From contig MU058781.1 of assembly GCA_013265495.1 (NCBI GenBank), forward strand, positions 2,644,158-2,708,157: DNA of 64,000 nucleotides, given 5' to 3'. The notes under the pieces were generated by a model. That model did no database searches. It worked only from the letters and a program-made list of their open reading frames with translations, and was not told where the DNA came from. Shown in pieces: positions 1-14,140 of the stretch (position 1 is the stretch's first letter; every line of letters starts with the position of its first letter). The DNA is from Vicugna vicugna. Taxonomy: Eukaryota. The position numbers were made by a program, and so were the translations under genes.

Positions 1-794
1 CTCCTGCCCCCGCCATCTCTAACCCTGGGATGCTCATTCTCTGGGGATGACAGGAGTGCATATGGAAGGTGCTGCTGTAATAAAACACAGCTCTGGCATT
101 CGCCACAGCTCTCCATCAACACCCACTCCTTCCTCTCCCTTTCTTCGAAGAGTTTGCCTCCTGCTGTAGAACCTGACAATGACAGATAATCTTGTTCCAC
201 GTGTATTTTGCAGCTCAGCAGAGCCATGGCACCCAATTCTGGCCAAAGGAGCTTGAAAGTTACAGAAAAATATCTTTCTTTTTCTAATTTCCAGTGAAAG
301 GTTTCTCCCTATTCCTTCTTTCCATGATGGAAGCACGGGGTGCTTGGAATGGTAACCACTGTCATGTGACCACACGGGAACAGCCTCAAGATCATGAAGA
401 AGCTGATCCAGATCCTGGACATCACTGGGCAACTGAACCAATCCTGGAATCACAAATCCCTTTCACAGACATTCCCTCCCACCCTCAGGGCCTCCCACTG
501 CAGGTAGAATAAAACACAGAGTCCTTACATGAGTCCACCAGGCGCTGCACACCAACCCCTCCCCCTCTCCAAGGACTCTCAGCCTTTGTTTAAGTTCCCC
601 ACCCATGTTCCCCTTTTCTTCTTGTTTGCTGTCATGACCAAGTTTCTGCCTCTGGGCCTCCGCACACACTGACTAAATCCTAGTCCTTCCTCTACACCTG
701 GCTTAAAGGCAGCTTCTTAACAGCCTTGCTTTATCACTCACTCTAAAGATCTCACAGGCTGTGCCTTCTGACAGGTCTCTGCTCTTCCCCTCAG

Positions 795-1252
795 TGACTA
801 TGGCTGACCGGGCAGGGTCCCTCAATGTGTCTTCCAACTTCCTTCTAGAAGGCAGGGACTAACATCGAAACTGCCGTTCCCAGGCCTCCTTGAAACTGGG
901 TTCTAGAAGTGGTTGAGATTCTGCCTATCAGACATACATGCAGGAGGTGGATTTTTCCTGCTGTTGTGTGAACAGAGAGAGAGGGAGGGAGGGAGGGAGG
1001 GAAGCTATTTGGTTGGCTGGGAGCCTGGAGGAGGAGAGTTCTCACCTTGACAAAGGCAGAAGCTCCTTTCTTGGCCCAATTTTGCATCATGGTTTGGGGC
1101 ATTGATATTGGACTTTTTGCCTAGAGTCTGTTTCTTTAGGCCTCTTTTAAAAAGACATAGCTGGGGAGCCACCTATATCTTTTAACTCACCCTTTTCTGC
1201 TTAAATTGTCTAGTGTGGATCCTATTGTCTGTAGTTTAGAACCCTGACCCAC
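795..1252 (+). mobile_element. Old ERVL-class solo LTR (LTR33-like)
   Basis: 3' end cccttttctgcttaaattgtctagtgtggatcctattgtctgtagtttagaaccctgac resembles LTR33/LTR16 termini; boundaries approximate. Confidence 0.55.
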
Positions 1253-1769
1253 AAAGAAATACTCACTGTGATTGTAATTTTACATTTATTCATACATTTC
1301 CCTGTTACCTGGTATCTACCATATGCTCTGAACACATAGCACAGGGTATAGCACGTGTCTAGAGCCACATTTAGTTAAATAAGTAAGTGACTTTAAAAAA
1401 CCTAGACATTGCATATAAAGTTATAAGAGAAAATAAAGTCCTGAAGTCACATGTTTGATATTTAAAACTCTAGTGATGTGTAAGAAGCCAGGAAGCTAAC
1501 ATTTACAATGAATTTCCAGCTTGCTGGCTTCACCTGGCAGACTCACAGCTGTGACAGCCAAATTTTAAGAAACTGAGGACCAGGGAACATGAACTCTGTT
1601 AAATGAAATAACAATCCTGACCATAATGATTTTGTTTCTCAAGAAATGTAATTTTACTCAAAGAGCATTCCCTGGCCTGTTTCTACCCCTCCTAAGCGGG
1701 CAAGTTGCACTGAGACGTTGGCGTGGTACCGTGGAATCTCCGTCAGAGATGCAGCCTCACGTCCTCTCT

Positions 1770-1920
1770 TGGGGGATTCCTGGATTAGACACCGCTATGC
1801 CTAGTAGACCGTCAGGTCTGTGAGGGCACAAACCCACGTCTAGCTTGGGTAATCACTGTTCCCCGATGCTTCCTAGTACAATGCCTAACATACAGTCAGC
1901 ACTCGGTAAATAAATGGATT
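1770..1920 (+). mobile_element. L2 LINE 3' end fragment
   Basis: ctagtagacc...gtgagggca...cctagtacaatgcctaacatacagtcagcactcggtaaataaatg is the typical L2 terminus. Confidence 0.65.
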
Positions 1921-4884
1921 GTACTGTGTGTTACTTAAGTATCAATTTTCAGGTGTTTCATAACGGATTAAAGTTAGTGTTATATTTACATTAATGTATC
2001 TCATTTTATGTCTTATTGGTGTGTTTACATTATAAATGCCTGAGCCCTGCCTCGTACATGGAAAAATATTTTTTCTACAGGCTACAGTCTTCTTGAATTG
2101 TACTGACTCTCTCTTCCTACTGTGATTTTTTTCCATCAGCTACGAAAGACAGCAAATAAGGGTATCTCTCGTTCCCTTTGTCCTCCCTCCCTGAAGCTGG
2201 GCTTGCCCGTTAAGCCCTCTCTATCCCATATTTCCACTGGAAGCTCATGCTCTCTGAAGCTGCCCATTGTTTGGAGTTGTTCCTGGATGACTGACTCTCA
2301 CAGTTATAAATATTAAAGAGGAGGGAGTGAGAGCTGAGGGGACAGAGGGAAAAGGGGAGAAACCACATACCTCGGAAAAGCTCTTCAGAAAGCTCTTCTC
2401 CCCAGGAGACAAGATAAAACAGAGGTTTGTATTTCTTCATTGTGGCCCAAATGTTCCTACTCAAAGGCTGATGTTGACTGGAAGAAAGCACATTTCTGCC
2501 ATGTTTGCTCGTGTGTAATTCTGTTCAATGATCTCTAAGTTACATTAATAGGTATAGATTTTACCGTTTTAACTCAATACAGTCTGCAGCACACTTCGTC
2601 TGACACACAGTAGGCATACATGACAAAGAGATCATTTAGGCAAATCAGTCATTTTTTTCTCTTCTCTTTTGATCACTTCTGTGATGTCTATAATTGGCAG
2701 CAAAGTCCAAAATCTCTAGTGACTCTGAGAGTCTCCATAAATGCACAGATGATCACGTCCTTGTTTGTATGCCACCAATACTTGAGGTTCCCTAGTCCTG
2801 AGATGCTCTTCCTTGCAACACAATGCTGAGGACTCTGCGTCTGCTCTTGTCCTCCCACTGCACCCATCTTCTTGCACATGACTCCTAACACACACACACT
2901 CTCACATACACACTCACTCCACCCGTCCCTAAGAGTCCAGGCTCCCTGGGAACCTGGAGGGTGCTTTTAGCAGCCTGTCTGAGGGCATGACACACACATG
3001 GCTGAGTTGCAGGAGTGAAGGGGAAATTCAGACACAAAGACGGGGCACAGAATGGAAGAGATGGCACAGAGACTCTGAGCCCCAGAGCCCAGGGCATTTG
3101 GGAACGAGTGAGAGGGAAAGGAGGGAGCAGTGAAGGGCAGTGGTGAGGAAGTAACCCAGTTATTCTCCAGCACCTGAAGCTCAGGACTCCCAAAGATCCA
3201 CATCCATTTTATCTTAACATCACTAAACCAAGCTTGCCTTCAGAACTCAGAGAGTCTTTCCATTCATAAGTCATATTATTTGTAGTATTCCAGTCATGCA
3301 AGAGAATATAGGCAACCTGAGTACATTCTGTCCCTTAATGATAGTATACAGACCCCGGGCATGAAATTCACACGGCTGTGATGGAACTTCTATGTCAGTT
3401 TCCCCTAACTTTTCACAATTACCTGAAATTCCTTTTATAGAACACACAGGCTTTCATGCTAGATATTGAAAGGAAGGCTGAAAATGCAGCTCCCAGGGAG
3501 AGTTGACACACGGGTATGAATGAGCTTCAGGCAAACCGTTAAGTGGTGACTTAACCCAGAGCTTTGTAGGTGCTTGAGGAGGAAAGGCTCATCTACTGGG
3601 GAGGAGGAGGGAGTAAGGGGACTCAGCTTTCCTAAAAGCAAATGCCTCCAGAGTCACAAGATTTTTCCACACCTGTGCCCTTTATCTCTATCTGTTCAGG
3701 ACAAAGGACAACTGTGGACAGAGAGAGACTCCAAATCCCGTGTTGCCGCAAGTGAGCAAATGCAGAGCCTTTTAGAAACTGTTTCCAAGGTAGTGCTATT
3801 GATACTGGGAATATTTATAATTTACTGAGTGCATATTAGGTCTATTGCACTCAGCTCTGGAGCTACAGCTCCGAGAAAAAGTGAAGTTCAGAGCTCACAC
3901 ACCCTGTACCCTACAAGGGAGCCGGACGAGAATCAGGCCGTCACCGTACAGTGTGCAGAGTGTGATTTTTATTTCAGTTTAATACACACTTTCACAGCAT
4001 CCTACAGTCTCCTCAAAATTAAAACCAAAGACTTTTTGTGCAGTGATTTGTTTGCTGCCTGCCTCCCCTGATTTGCTGTTACTTCAAGAGGCAGGACTTG
4101 AGTCCCTCCCGTTGATGGCTGTATACTGACTGCATGCCAACAGGCACTTAAAAATAATCGCTGAATATCTGAGCGAAGAAATGAATCGATGCCAGAAGAG
4201 AAGCAAACATGATGTACTGGGGGACCATTAACTGCATTCTGGGGGTCAGGAAGGCTTTGGGGAAGAAGTGGTATTTAAGCTGAATCCTACAGGGAAATGG
4301 TGCTGAGCCCAGGAAAGAAAGAGCAAGTCCTTTAAAGGCCTGGAGGCGAGACTGCTCAGCACATCCCGAGGGAACGGGAACCACAAGGCTGGAGCTCAGG
4401 GATGCTGCTTGTCCGTGGGCTTTAGTGCAAAACAGGAAAAAGCGTCATCTCAAGGTGGACAAAGTACAAAGAGGTGGTCCCTCTCTAGGCCAACCGATTA
4501 GAAAAAGAGAGACTCTGCTTCCAGGATGAGGAGTCTCTCCACTGCGCACCGTTTCTCCCTTATCCGGGGCCACCTGCCCAGCCTGCCCAGTGGCCTTTGG
4601 GAGTGGGGAGGAGGGTGCCCAGAGCTGAGCTGGCTTTAGTAAGCAGGGGTAGACTCCACACTGCTTTTTCTGGTCCTATAAGGAATCTGAATTTCATTCT
4701 GTGAACTTTTGGAGAATTTGAACTGGGAATGACTCTCCAACAGAAGTTTAATGTCAACAGACATTTCTGGAGCCCCTTATGTAAGAGACGCACGTCGATT
4801 TAGTGAAGGGTGAGTGAAAGGGTTACGGGCCAGCAGGAGGTAGGAAGAGCCACTTGAACCAGAGAGAGAATCTTCTTCCCAACC

Positions 4885-4985
4885 CCGCAAGGCTGATGTA
4901 GTGATCTTGATTTTACAGATGAGAAAACTGAAGTCAGAGAGGTGAAGTAACTTACCCAAGACCACACAGTTTCAAACTCATAGCT
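4885..4985 (-). mobile_element. MIR SINE fragment
   Basis: MIR core ttttacagatgagaaaactgaagtcagagaggtgaagtaacttacccaagaccacacag. Confidence 0.8.
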
Positions 4986-5093
4986 GTGTGATGAGAAACC
5001 CTACAGGCTCATACCTCAGAGAAAAAAGGAAATGCTGAATAATATGTCCTTACATCAAATTGAAAGGTGAATATAAAAAAAAAAATCACTAAT

Positions 5094-5103
5094 TGCGCGC
5101 GCA

Positions 5104-5144
<41 letters not shown>
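5094..5144. repeat. (GC)n-(CA)n compound microsatellite
   Basis: tgcgcgcgcacgcgcac(ac)n, an uninterrupted purine-pyrimidine alternation. Confidence 0.95.
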
Positions 5145-5148
<4 letters not shown>

Positions 5149-5784
5149 GAAATAGAACTTCACTTTCCAGAAAACATAGTCTGGAAAATATTGGTCAGGA
5201 TATGGCCAGCGGCCTCGCTTGAAACCCTATATGGGTTTATTCAGAAGAGTTCATTCCGTCCTGGGTGAAAACATTCCACAATCACAGACCTTGCCTTTCA
5301 GCTTAGCGGGGCCCCTAGCAAGTAGATGCCATGCATAGGATCCCAGAGCTGTAAAAAGCCGGTCTGAGTGCTGACTTGGAACTCTCAAATTCACTAGGCA
5401 GTTTTGTGCAATCACGTCAGTTTTCTTTTCTTTTCCTGATGCTCTCTAGGGGAGGAACTCTGTGTTCCAAAGTGTCATCGCCCTGATCGGTAAAATGTTC
5501 CACTGAGTCCAAACACCATCTTATCTGCTTTCATGTGGGACCACCTCCCCCTTCTTTGGTGTTCTATTGCAATGGAGGTCCGAAACGCTGTTAAGTGCAT
5601 TTCTTCCTTTAACTCAACAAACCTCAGTTCCTTTTCATGTTTATCCTAGGATTCTTTTTCTCTCTTTACAAACTATTCATTTCTCTTCTCTGAACTATCT
5701 CCTTTCCAGTTTCCTTTCTGAAGAAAGGAAACAAAAAAGCAGAAGTATGCATTCTGGGAAACAGAAAAGCCACCATGGTAGACA

Positions 5785-6387
5785 CAACCGATTCTCATTG
5801 TGGTGGTATTGTGTTCTACAAAGTCGCTGTGAACATTGAATCGGTGAACTGGGAACCATCACTCCCAGGGGAAACAGAGATTAGATTTCTGTGAGCCTCT
5901 GGTCACATTTTCATCCATTGATCAATATCTAACCTTGTTTTATGTGTGTTTTTGTTGAAAGACACTTAATGTAATATATCATGTTGATTCATGAGCACTG
6001 AACTCAAGACCATCATCACTGTAACTCATACCTGAATTATATGTTATGCAATTTTCTGCATAAAGCATCTCACACAGACTTCTTGTGCTTAGGAATGCTA
6101 GACAGCCCTTCAGCATTATGCTTGGGGGCCATGTTAAACAGTGAAGTCACTCGAAAAAGCACAGAAATGCAAAGAATGTAGCCTTAAAGAGATAGTAAAG
6201 AGGACACTTTATTAAGTATGAGAGCCGAAACAAGAAAGCCAAGCATCGTCTTGTCTGGCTGGGAGCATGCACGCTGGTAACTGATATGCATCCCTGTCCT
6301 CCTGTATGTGTCCACGGATCACTGTGAAAGTGCTGTGAGTATTGATTCGGGGATTACAAATACATTTTAGCAAGTAGGCGGATTTGC
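5785..6387 (+). mobile_element. MER82-like TcMar-Tigger DNA transposon relic
   Basis: Starts caaccgattctcatt...tgttctacaaagtcgctgtgaacattgaat; internal ctgtgagcctctggtcaca and aaccttgttttatgtgtgt match MER82 as remembered. Confidence 0.75.
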
Positions 6388-7585
6388 TTGTGTTTGTTCC
6401 TCCCTATTAAGTGATGGAGCCTTTCGCAGATGGTAGAAAAAAGGGTGAGGGGAGGCAGTTAGGCATTTTCTGGAGACCCAGAAGATTGTTGAAAATGATT
6501 TGTGAGAGGTGTGGTACCCGACTAGTAGCTAACTAGCCTAAGGTGGAGCAATAGAATTCCTTGCATCCCCAGCCATCTGTCTGCAGATATCCTAGTGTGA
6601 AAAGTGGCTTGCAGAGACATGCAAGCTTTGTCACCATGTACATGTAATTATATTTTAATAAACAATAGACTTATAGCTTGACAGTGAGTCATGAGATTAT
6701 ACAGCCCAGAAGCTGCTGTGAACTTTCAGCTGTTAAACCCTGGCCCTCCTGCCTCCGCAGCAGCGCTGAGTTCCTGCCGGGGGTGGGTGACTGAACACGC
6801 TGACCCACAGTGGGGTGTGAGGCTCCTGTAAGCCACATCCCTTGCTTGACACTTTCACTTTAAAGGCCAACGATGCATCAAAATTACAATTGGATAAATC
6901 AAAAGCCAAATCCATCCTTAACAGGAAAAGACTTAATTATTGATTTGAAGGAATGACCCAAATCTAAAAACTAATGGAAAAGTCATGTAATGAAATCCAT
7001 CTAAAACAGGCACTTCTCATGGTTCCTGTCTGCACTTGCTGCTCAAGTTTGACTATTAGGAATGATTTTTTTTTCTCTCCCCCATTAGAACTAGCCTATA
7101 ATTTGATTTCTAGATTCTTCCAGGGTCATGCTCTGTACAGAAGCAAAATGAAAATATTTCAGGGGCTTATTTGACAACCATTGCAAAAGAAAATACATGG
7201 TTATCTGTAGAGTCAGAGGTTAAAGCTATAAATTTATTTTATTAAACAGAAAAGGAATGGGTAAAATTTAAAGACACTGTAACCCTGACCTTGTTTTCTT
7301 GGAATAACAGTCTTGCCTGATTTACTCTAGTTTTCACTTGAGATATCACTCAAGATGCACGCCAGTGGTAATCCCTTCTTTTTGGTAAGCTTTTCTCTTG
7401 TATAAGTCTGATGTATCAGTGGTGAATTTGGATTAAAACAGTTTTCTTAAAAAAAGTCCAAAGACTTAAAGCCACAAAGAACTCATTAACATTTGAATTA
7501 AAGAGACAAAGGGTAAAATCTTGACATTTTCTCTGAGAGAGAGCAGTTCTTCACCATTTTTACATAATCTCTTAGAATGTAACAT

Positions 7586-7770
7586 CTAATATATATATAC
7601 ATATTACATATAATATGTATATTATATAGCATATCTTAAGGTTATATATATAACATATCTTAATATATATATACACAGATATATATGTGTATATATAATA
7701 TATATTACATATAGCATATCTTAAGATATATATAAAGATTTATAAATATATTTATATGTAATATGTATAG
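7586..7770. repeat. AT-rich (TA)n low-complexity tract
   Basis: Degenerate TA repeats with a repeated atatagcatatcttaag motif. Confidence 0.85.
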
Positions 7771-10519
7771 CTTCTACTAACATGATCATAGTCTGCATTA
7801 ATACATATATCTGGCAAGATCACCATTTTGGAAGTCTGTTCATTATTTTTAGTAATTGAGTTTATTTTTTTCACCAGACAATAAAATGTCCAGTATAAAA
7901 TAAATAAGGGTCATATGATTCCCAAATAACAGGACCAGAGTGCTTATAAAATTTGAAGAAGCTGAGTCAGATCATTTCAAAAGGACAATTGCAGCTGTCC
8001 TCCAAATTCTGTTAACTCCGGGAATGCGGCAATCTTGCCTCGTCTGTTCTTTGAGCCAAGCGGCCTGATGCTGTCAAGCTCATTTTTCATCCCTTGTGCC
8101 TTCCATCAAGTGTTAGTGTTTTTATTTTTAGAAGAAAAATTTATGAATTTCCTAATGAAAATGAAAGTGAGTCTATCAAAATGAAGTTGATCCTAACTGA
8201 TCCTGGTTCTTTCGCTCAAAACATGAACAGGCTAGAGGAAAACGCTCTAAGGTATGAATTAGGGGGGCAGGTTATTGACAGTAGCTGTTGTGAATCATAT
8301 ATAGGTCTTTTCGTTAGTTTATAATGAAAGATTGTTGGGTGCAGCCTTAAAAGCAATGAGAAAATCAACAGAATGTTCTTGGAATGACTGCTGGCAGGCT
8401 TTTTTATTTGTCTCTGTTCTCATTAGGGGAAAGAGAGGGTGGGTCACTTTCAGTAGGATTAAAAGGTCAGAGGACTTGGTGAAGGGAAGTCTACATAAGC
8501 CTTTAGAAAGTTATTATCAGAGGATCAGCTAGAAAACAATCTTCGAGCTAATCCTTTAGCTGAATCCAAAGAAAATCCTTTACCTTTTTCCCCTTTTCTT
8601 CCTCTTTATAGAAGTCATTTTCCACAAAAACTTCTCACTTTGCCTTTATGCCTTAGCCCGGTTTACAGGATGTGAGTTGATCTCTCTCCAGCTCTCTCCC
8701 TTTTTCTCAGTCCCCTCTCAGTCTCTGACTCCAGTCCTTCCTTGCTCTGTTCTCTTCCTGCCTTCCCCAACCTCTTACTGTCTTCACTTTGCATGATTTT
8801 GTCTGGGGTTCCCCATAAAGCCCTCCCAGCCTCCACAACAGCCCAAATTTTAGCTGATGCAGAACCTCTTCAGCCAGGTAATGACTGAGCTGAGCCTGGA
8901 TTAGAACTCACAGCTCCTAATTCTACACTCCTGCTCAATAATAGCTATGCATTGGCTGCAAAGTCCTTTAGATAGCCCAGCAGCTCTACTAATGGAAGGT
9001 AGTGAACCCAATGGGCAAGATTACCGTTGTCATGATGCCAACTCATTGAGACCGGGGTGGCGTGTGTGTTGGCAAGCTGTGAATTAAGAGGGGTGGGCAT
9101 CTGTTTTATACACAGAGCCCCGTGATCTGTGTATAAAACAGTCACAAGCTTCAGTCACTGCACTACAAGGGGGAAGTGGACTTTTCACCGCCTTAGGGCA
9201 GTTGTCACCAAGACACCCTCCTCTTCCTCATCTCTGCACTCTGTGAACCATTGCTCACCAGGACATTGAGTAAGACAGAAATTGGGGGAAACCACACAGC
9301 GCGTGTGTAAGTTTGACAGGAGTTTACATAATGCTATAGAAAAAGAAACCAGAGAGAGGCGTCAGCGTTGCTGGGGGCTCTTGTCACCTCCCTCCCAGTT
9401 AGAGACAGAAGAGCAAGAAGGACCAGGCGCTCCATAGGTGGCCTGTGCTCCTTGGTCATTAGTCACAGAGGGCGCAGCCTACCTGGACATTGTATTAGGA
9501 TTGGGAAGTTGACACTTGGTAGTACTGTTGAATGCACTTTGCTATCCACTTTTTGTGGTTGGAAAAGCCTTCTAATATCAAACTTTAGAATAAAGCACCA
9601 CCTTGTGGTCTGATGCATTTATTAAAGTGGCAGAATTTGAGGGCTAAGACTAGAAATGCTCCCTCAGCTGGTGGCAGAGAAGCCGTGGTCTGAGAGCTGA
9701 CTCCAGGGTGGCTGACAGGAAGCAGGAGCCCCAGAGTGTCTTCCTGCTCCTTCTGGGGGGTTCTTGGATCAGGTAACTACAGCATCACCCTTCATGGTGT
9801 GAGTTTCCTGTTTTCTGACACTAAAATACTATGTTATTTACAATGAGTAACCAATTTAATCCTTTCAAAACCACAGGGAAATGGGTCTAATTATTTCTAC
9901 TTTGTGAGTTGGGTCTGAGGTCACTGAGTGATCCAGCTACACTGAAGTGCAGAGCTTGGATTGGAGGCCAAGCCCTTCAAATAGAGAGTCTCTGCTCTTA
10001 ACCGCTGCTCTGCTGATCCCCCAAACCAAGACCAAGACCAAGACCAGGATCCATTTCAAGCTCTCTCTCCTAGGGCACTCTGGCTCTGGGCGCTAAATCA
10101 AATCAGAAGCAGCTAGAGTCTAACCTGAATTTCACTCGGTGTGCTGGAGGTAACCCATTCTCCAAGGCTTCCTTGGTAAGGAAAGTCTGTACTCAGAGCT
10201 GGAGACTTCACTGGTGTCCATCCACCTTCTGAGATGGTCAGAGGTGAGGGATTTTGACGATGAACCAGAGAGTAACTGAACAAGTGACCAGACCCTAAAT
10301 CATTTTATGAAAAAACAAAACCAGGGAGAGATATTTGGCAAATATTCACTTGTAGAACTATAGTGCTTTTCCTGATCCATGATATTTTATCTTCTTTAAA
10401 AAGTCATTATTTTATCATATAGTTTGTTTTAAGGGGGGGTTGGAGTATCTGTTTGGCTAGTATATAAGGTGAGCAGGTAGTAGTAACGTGGGTAAAATAC
10501 TATCAGAAGGGAGACCTTG

Positions 10520-10640
10520 TGCCAGTCTCGTTTCAGTGACATTGTGAATATCCTTGGGTAAATCACTTCTTTGTCTCTGAGCCTCAGTGATCTCATTTGT
10601 AGACTAGAGGGTTGGACTTTACTAAAAGGTAGATGATTCT
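10520..10640 (+). mobile_element. MIR SINE fragment
   Basis: ccttgggtaaatcactt...tctctgagcctcagtgatctcatttgtaga. Confidence 0.65.
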
Positions 10641-11128
10641 AAAATAGTGCACAATGTAGCTGTGAAAAGTCTGAGTTGGAGAAGCTCAGCTTTCTCCATT
10701 TCCTTAGAAAGCCTGCCCTGCCCATGCTTCTTTCCCATTCTCAACCAAATCTGCTGCTCATTTTGGTAACACAATGACTTGCACACAGAGATGTTCAATA
10801 ACATTTTCTAGTGATGATGATCTGGGGGGTGGGGTTCAGGAGATAAACGCTTCTCTGTTTTTCCAAAGGAGATAAATCCGTATAGTTCATGACTTCTGAG
10901 TCCCTTTCCATCCACCAAAAAGAAACATGAAAAGTGCTGAACAGTTCCACAGAAAGGGGAAGCATCGCCATGGATTTTCTTCCCTTGGAGGGTTACTACG
11001 AGACACTGAGACAGTGCCTGTTTGTTTCAGAGCCTCTCTCCTTCTCTTTCCTTCCTGGGCTCACTCTAGATGCCTGTTTGATGAAGCTTCCTTTTAGCAG
11101 ATCATCTGTCCTAGGGTAGACCCCAGAA

Positions 11129-11335
11129 CAGCGCCATAGAACTTTCTGCAATGCTGAACGTGTAATTTGTGCTCTGCAGGTGGTAGTCAGTAACCATAGG
11201 TGACTACTGAGCATTTAAAATGAGGCTTTTGTATGACTGATGGAGTGAATGTTTAATTTTATTGAGTTTTAATTCATCTGCATTTTAATTTAAGTAGCCA
11301 CACGTGGCTACTGGTTACCACACTGGAGAGTACAG
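11129..11335 (+). mobile_element. MER3 hAT-Charlie MITE
   Basis: cagcgcc-atagaactttctgcaatg...tagccacacgtggcta...ggagagtacag; degenerate 8-bp flanks ccccagaa/ctctacaa. Confidence 0.85.
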
Positions 11336-13554
11336 CTCTACAACATTGTTAAAACACAGATCTTTGTTGCAGACATTGTGGTTGCTAAATATAGGCATCA
11401 TGTATGGTTGACATCCTATCATATATGATAACCATACAACATCAAGCATATATCACAACAGAGCTATCTTTAATACTGGTTTGATAAGCAGACCTTTAAA
11501 AGATTGAGTTTTTTTGTCTTGTTTTTCTTGAAAACAGGATTTCATAAGTATAATGGTATATCAGTTTTTGTAAAATGTATTCTATCTTTGAGATGGCTGA
11601 ATTTTTTCTTGATTTTACACTAAACAATAGAAAATGAATCCTTGTTTGATTCCATGGAAATAGAACTTATTCTTTAGTTTTAAGTAGAATGGGAAGTATT
11701 TCTCACTCTGTCAATTTTTTTTTTCTGGTCAATAATAGAATAAATTTGAAGGTAATCATAGAATGTCTTCCAGCTAATGAGTATTTTCAATAACAAACAT
11801 CTAATAATAAAAATAGAATTCTGTCCTTAGAAGTAGTGATTTATATATGTAAGTGTATTTTTCCTAAAATATTGGATCTGTAGAATCAAGTTAGAAAAAA
11901 ACTAGTGAAATTCTCAATGCTTTATTACATAACTTCTATCTTGAATAAACTCGACTTACGTTCCAAGTATGCTTCTAATTAGTTAGCCCAGTATTTCTTA
12001 ACTGGAACAAAGACTGAGTAACATTATATCTATTAATCTCAAAATGAAGCCTTTATCCTCAAAAAATATAAAGAGGTTTTCAGATAAGTGACAGTCCTGA
12101 CAAAGTGACTCCTTGCTGGAAGAAAAGATTTAAAAGTCCTGTATATAATTTTTATAAACACATGGAAGCTCTCATGAAAAAGCATACTGATGCATCTCAG
12201 AATTTGTGGTGACGAGTAAACACGAGACTCTGACTGTCATCTGCAATGAAGAAGTGGCAGCCCTGGTGTCTTTCCTTATCTGCTACATGTTTGAAGTTTT
12301 CAAACTGGGATCATGTGATGGTCTGCTGCTCTGGGCCTGTCCTGGCTTTACGATGATGATACGGAGACCCCATTATCCTAGGGGACCAGGGCTCCATCTG
12401 AGGGATTCTTCATACACTTTTAACCATGGTGCAGAGGATCATCCCTACTCCAGAAAGTGACTTAAACCCCCTAAACTGTATTTCCTGAGCATAAACACTT
12501 CTGATGTGTGCAAACACAACTTCAGGGCATTAAAATAAGCCACGTGCTGCAGAAAGACAAAGGAAGCCCATGCTCCTACTTCTTTGTAATTTGTTTCTCA
12601 GGGGTGTTTGTACTGAGATAATGTAGAAGCTTCACTGGGATCTGAAGGCACATTTACGCCATGAGGAAACCAGTCCACAATCCTGTGAGGTCATTTCCCA
12701 AGTCCTGAGTCACTGGTCCCACATCGAAGAAGCAGAGGCCCCTTCCAGCCCACTCCACACCCACTCAAGTGGCTGCAGCAGAGAGGGCACCATCGGACAG
12801 GAACTGCCTGAGATTCACTGACCCTCCCAGCCATGAGGACGTTGGTCAAAAGCATTTGTTAGAGAGCTACCAGAGACGTACGCAGAGAGAAAATCTTTTC
12901 CAGGGTTAACTGATACAACCCTCTGACTGCCAGTGTCCTCATAGGAGAGGAAACCTCCCAAGAACCAGGGTTGATGCAAACTGTGAGCAAAGCACCGATG
13001 TCTATCTCTTGCAGGAAGAGATACTGACACCCTTCCTCTGCCCTCAGTTTGCAAGACCTGACAGGAGGAAATCTCCATTATTACCACAGAAGTGACATCA
13101 AAGAGGAAATCGGAACACAGTGCAAGCAAGAGCTGCAAGGAGGCGTTTCCCTTAGGTCCATCTGACTAAAAGTTTCCTAGTTCCTCAGTGAAGATGAGTG
13201 AGAAATTGCATGAGAACCATACTCTGTATCATTTCTTGATTAATATATCTAGAGCAGAGGCCAACTGTTTGAAAACCTGTATATATCAGCCAGGTGTGCT
13301 GAGCCATCCTCAACGGGCCTTTTAGCAGTTGGCATAAAATTCCAACCTCTAGAAACTGCTTTGGTCTAAATCAGACACATGCACAGCAAGAGCCCTGTTG
13401 GTTGAAGAACCACAATTGACCATTGCTGTTACAATTCTGGGCCCAGAGCAGGCAAGTCAAGTACGCAGCCTCTCTTCCGAATGTTGCTTATTCTTCTCTT
13501 GCTGTGATATACATGACAGTCTCTAGAGTAATTGTTTGTTCCCCTAAAGTCATT

Positions 13555-13659
13555 TTTTTTAATTAAAAAAATTTTGATGTTTTATTTATTTACTTTTTTG
13601 TGGGGGCGTAATTAATTTTTTTTAACAGAGGTACTGGGGATTGAACCCAGGGCCTCTTG
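13555..13659 (-). mobile_element. 5'-truncated Vic-1-type (tRNA-Ala-derived) SINE with TSD
   Basis: Minus strand reads gaggccctgggttcaatccccagtacctc...aattacgccccc plus A-rich tail; exact 10-bp TSD TAAAGTCATT at 13545-13554 and 13660-13669. Confidence 0.85.
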
Positions 13660-13684
13660 TAAAGTCATTGAAAAATACACATAG

Positions 13685-14140
13685 AATTGCTAAGTATTCC
13701 TGAATGTCCATGTTCCTCTTCTTCCTCGATAATGAAATCTCTGAGCACTAGCAGTCATGACCACCTAGCAGAAAACTCTATTTCCTTGTCTTCAAATATC
13801 TATTTTCTCTGCCTCCTCAGTAAATGAATCAAGGGCTGCCCATAGCAGTGGCGTGTTTACCTTGGAAGTGTCACTTACAGGAGGTAACGTAGCCTCATCT
13901 TACCTCTTTTTTTGTATCCTGTGGCCTGGAATGCAGACATGACGGCTGGTGCTGGATCCTGCTGTGGATAATGGGACATTGAGGTAGAAAGTACTGGATG
14001 CTCTGACTATGGTGGAGCCATCACTCCCGTCTTAGATCAGACACATTCATGTAAGAGATTATACAATCTTTTACCTAGTGTAAGTCACTTTTATTTTAAC
14101 TTGTCAGTCACTCTCAGTTGAATCTGCTCCCAGCTACTCC
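13685..14140 (+). mobile_element. Old MaLR LTR (MLT1J/K-like)
   Basis: ggcctggaatgcagacatgacggctggtgctgga...gtaagtcacttttatttt motifs; boundaries approximate. Confidence 0.55.

Noticed and set aside
9460..9680. CTCF-like cores CAGAGGGCGC and TCAGCTGGTGGCAG
   Set aside because: Mismatches at informative positions, and the region may be a decayed repeat
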